Below, piece by piece: positions 62,455 to 64,000 of a DNA stretch of 64,000 bases. Every line of letters begins with the position of its first letter. The stretch's first letter is position 1. The stretch comes from an uncultured Gemmatimonadales bacterium (GTDB taxonomy: Bacteria > Gemmatimonadota > Gemmatimonadetes > Gemmatimonadales > GWC2-71-9), in NCBI GenBank assembly GCA_963844035.1, contig CAWJMT010000005.1:64001-128000 (forward strand). The letters run 5' to 3'. A model generated the notes under the pieces. The model ran no database searches, had not been told where the DNA came from, and worked only from the letters and a program-made list of their open reading frames with translations. The translations under genes and the position numbers were made by a program.

Positions 62455-63959
62455 ATGGCTCTGCTTGAGTTGGGCGGCAAAACGTTCCCGATACCGGTAG
62501 GTGAATTGGTGCTCGGCAGCGATGCCGCGTGCGGAATCGTGGTGTCGGGCAGTGGGGTGCTCCCCAAGCACGCCTTGTTTCATGGTCAACCCGACGGACA
62601 GGTGGTCATCCGCAAGGCCATCCCCAGCGCTGAGGTCATGATCAACGGCGTCCGCCTGGGCGCGGAGCCGACCCCGCTCCTGCATGGGGACAAGGTGGAC
62701 GTGGGTGGCCACGAGCTGAACTTCGTGGACGAGCGGCGCAGCGGAAGCACCCAGTTTCTCCAGGCGGTCAAGGTGCCGGAGGCGATGGCTCAGGCCAGGA
62801 GCGCGGCTCAGGCGGCGCCCGCCAGCGCGAATACCGGAGGCCGGCTCGTGAGCCTGACCGACGGGCGCGAGTATGTGATGAGCGGGGCGTCCCTGGTATT
62901 CGGGCGCGAGGCGGCGTGCGACGTGGTGGTCGGAGGGAAGGACGTATCGCGCCGGCATGCGGAGATCGTGCAGACGCCCAAGGGCTACCTGATCGTCGAT
63001 TCCAGTACCAATGGGACATTCGTCAACGAGGAGCGGGTCAGGGGCCAACGTATCCTGACGCGAGCCGACGTCGTGCGAATCGGAGACGACAACTTCCGAT
63101 TCTATGCCGATGCCGCTCCCGCCGCCGCCGCCGCGCCCTGCCTCTCTCGTCGCCCCCACCACGCCTGCGCCTCCACCCTCACCTCCACCGGCTCCGCCCG
63201 CTCCACCGCCCGCACCCGCCGTACCGGCCGCCGCCAAGGCTCCTGCCGCGAAACGCGCGCCGCAGTCCGGCTCCCTGGCGACCTTCCTGGTGAAGAGTGG
63301 GGCGCTCAAGGGGACCCGGTTCGAGGCGCGGACGCCAGTCGTGAATGTCGGGCGCGCCGACTACAACGACCTCCCGCTGGCTGATCCGTCGGTCTCGACG
63401 TCGCACGCGAAGTTGCAGCGGCGCGAGGGGGTCTGGGTGCTGATGGACCTGGACTCCACCAATGGGACCTTCGTGGACGGCGAGCGGGTGCCGGGCGAGA
63501 TCCCGCTTGCTCCCGGGGCGACCCTCAGGTTTGGGGACGTCGAGGTCGTATTCGAGCCGACGGATGACGCGTTAGGGATCGGGAAAGGGGGAGGGACGGT
63601 GGTCATGGCGGGGTTCAGCACCATTCCCGCGCCTGCGCCGAAGGCATCGGCCCCCGCCCCCGCGCCCGCACCCGCTCCGCGGCCGCACCTGCTCCAGCGC
63701 CCGCTCCTCCTCCTCCCTCCCGCTCCGGCTCCTGTGGCGGCCAAGGCACCTGCCGCGGCCAGGGCGCCCGCAGCTCCCGGCGCGCGAGCCGCCCAAGGCA
63801 GCGCAGCCGGCGGCAGCGCCGAAACCTGCACGGGCACCGGCGCGGGCCCAGAGCTCGACTCCGCCCGCCAAGAAGGGCAAGGGATGTGGCGCCAGCGTGG
63901 TCGTTTTGGTCGCGGGCGCGGGCGGGCTGGCGGCGTTGGCGCGCTGGCTTCTGGCGTAG
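62455..63959 (+). CDS. Triple-FHA-domain protein with Pro/Ala linkers and C-terminal hydrophobic anchor (frameshifted)
   Basis: FHA1 degenerate (LGS...KHA); FHA2 GR...VSRRHA...STNGTFVN; FHA3 GR...VSTSHA...STNGTFV. Confidence 0.85.
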
Positions 63960-64000
63960 AGCGATCCGAGTGCACATCACTTCGGCAGGGCGCAGCGACG

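Overview
High-GC bacterial chromosome segment. Gene content and protein style suggest Gemmatimonadota (inference). Many genes, including essential ones (ffh, holB), are split by single-base indels, which points to an error-prone long-read assembly rather than real pseudogenes. 1-21.2 kb is a phosphate-starvation island: pstS, two porins, a TonB receptor plus lipoprotein, CHAD-sixA-ppk1-ppx, ppk2, psiE, a GT4/alkaline-phosphatase-superfamily/PAP2 operon, and phoR-phoB preceded by a ComEC-like MBL hydrolase and DUF3006. Five related 11-bp-period direct repeats (candidate Pho boxes) sit upstream of its transcription units. 21-32 kb is mostly housekeeping: add, PNP, thiD, trmH, prepilin peptidase, an NBD1-only Clp ATPase and ffh-rpsP-rimM(truncated)-trmD-rplS-rnhB. 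32-47.7 kb holds polX, small hypotheticals (including two paralogues of an uncharacterised RRGAWY/zinc-ribbon family), tRNA-Lys, a spermidine-synthase-like membrane protein, ilvE, lytic transglycosylases and holB. 48-57.4 kb is a cluster of hybrid kinases and response regulators with tRNA-Asn. The window ends with EamA, uvrA, a UPF0104 protein and a triple-FHA protein. Degenerate 7- and 10-nt repeat arrays occur both as intergenic hairpins and inside genes. No integrase, transposase, CRISPR array or rRNA was seen.
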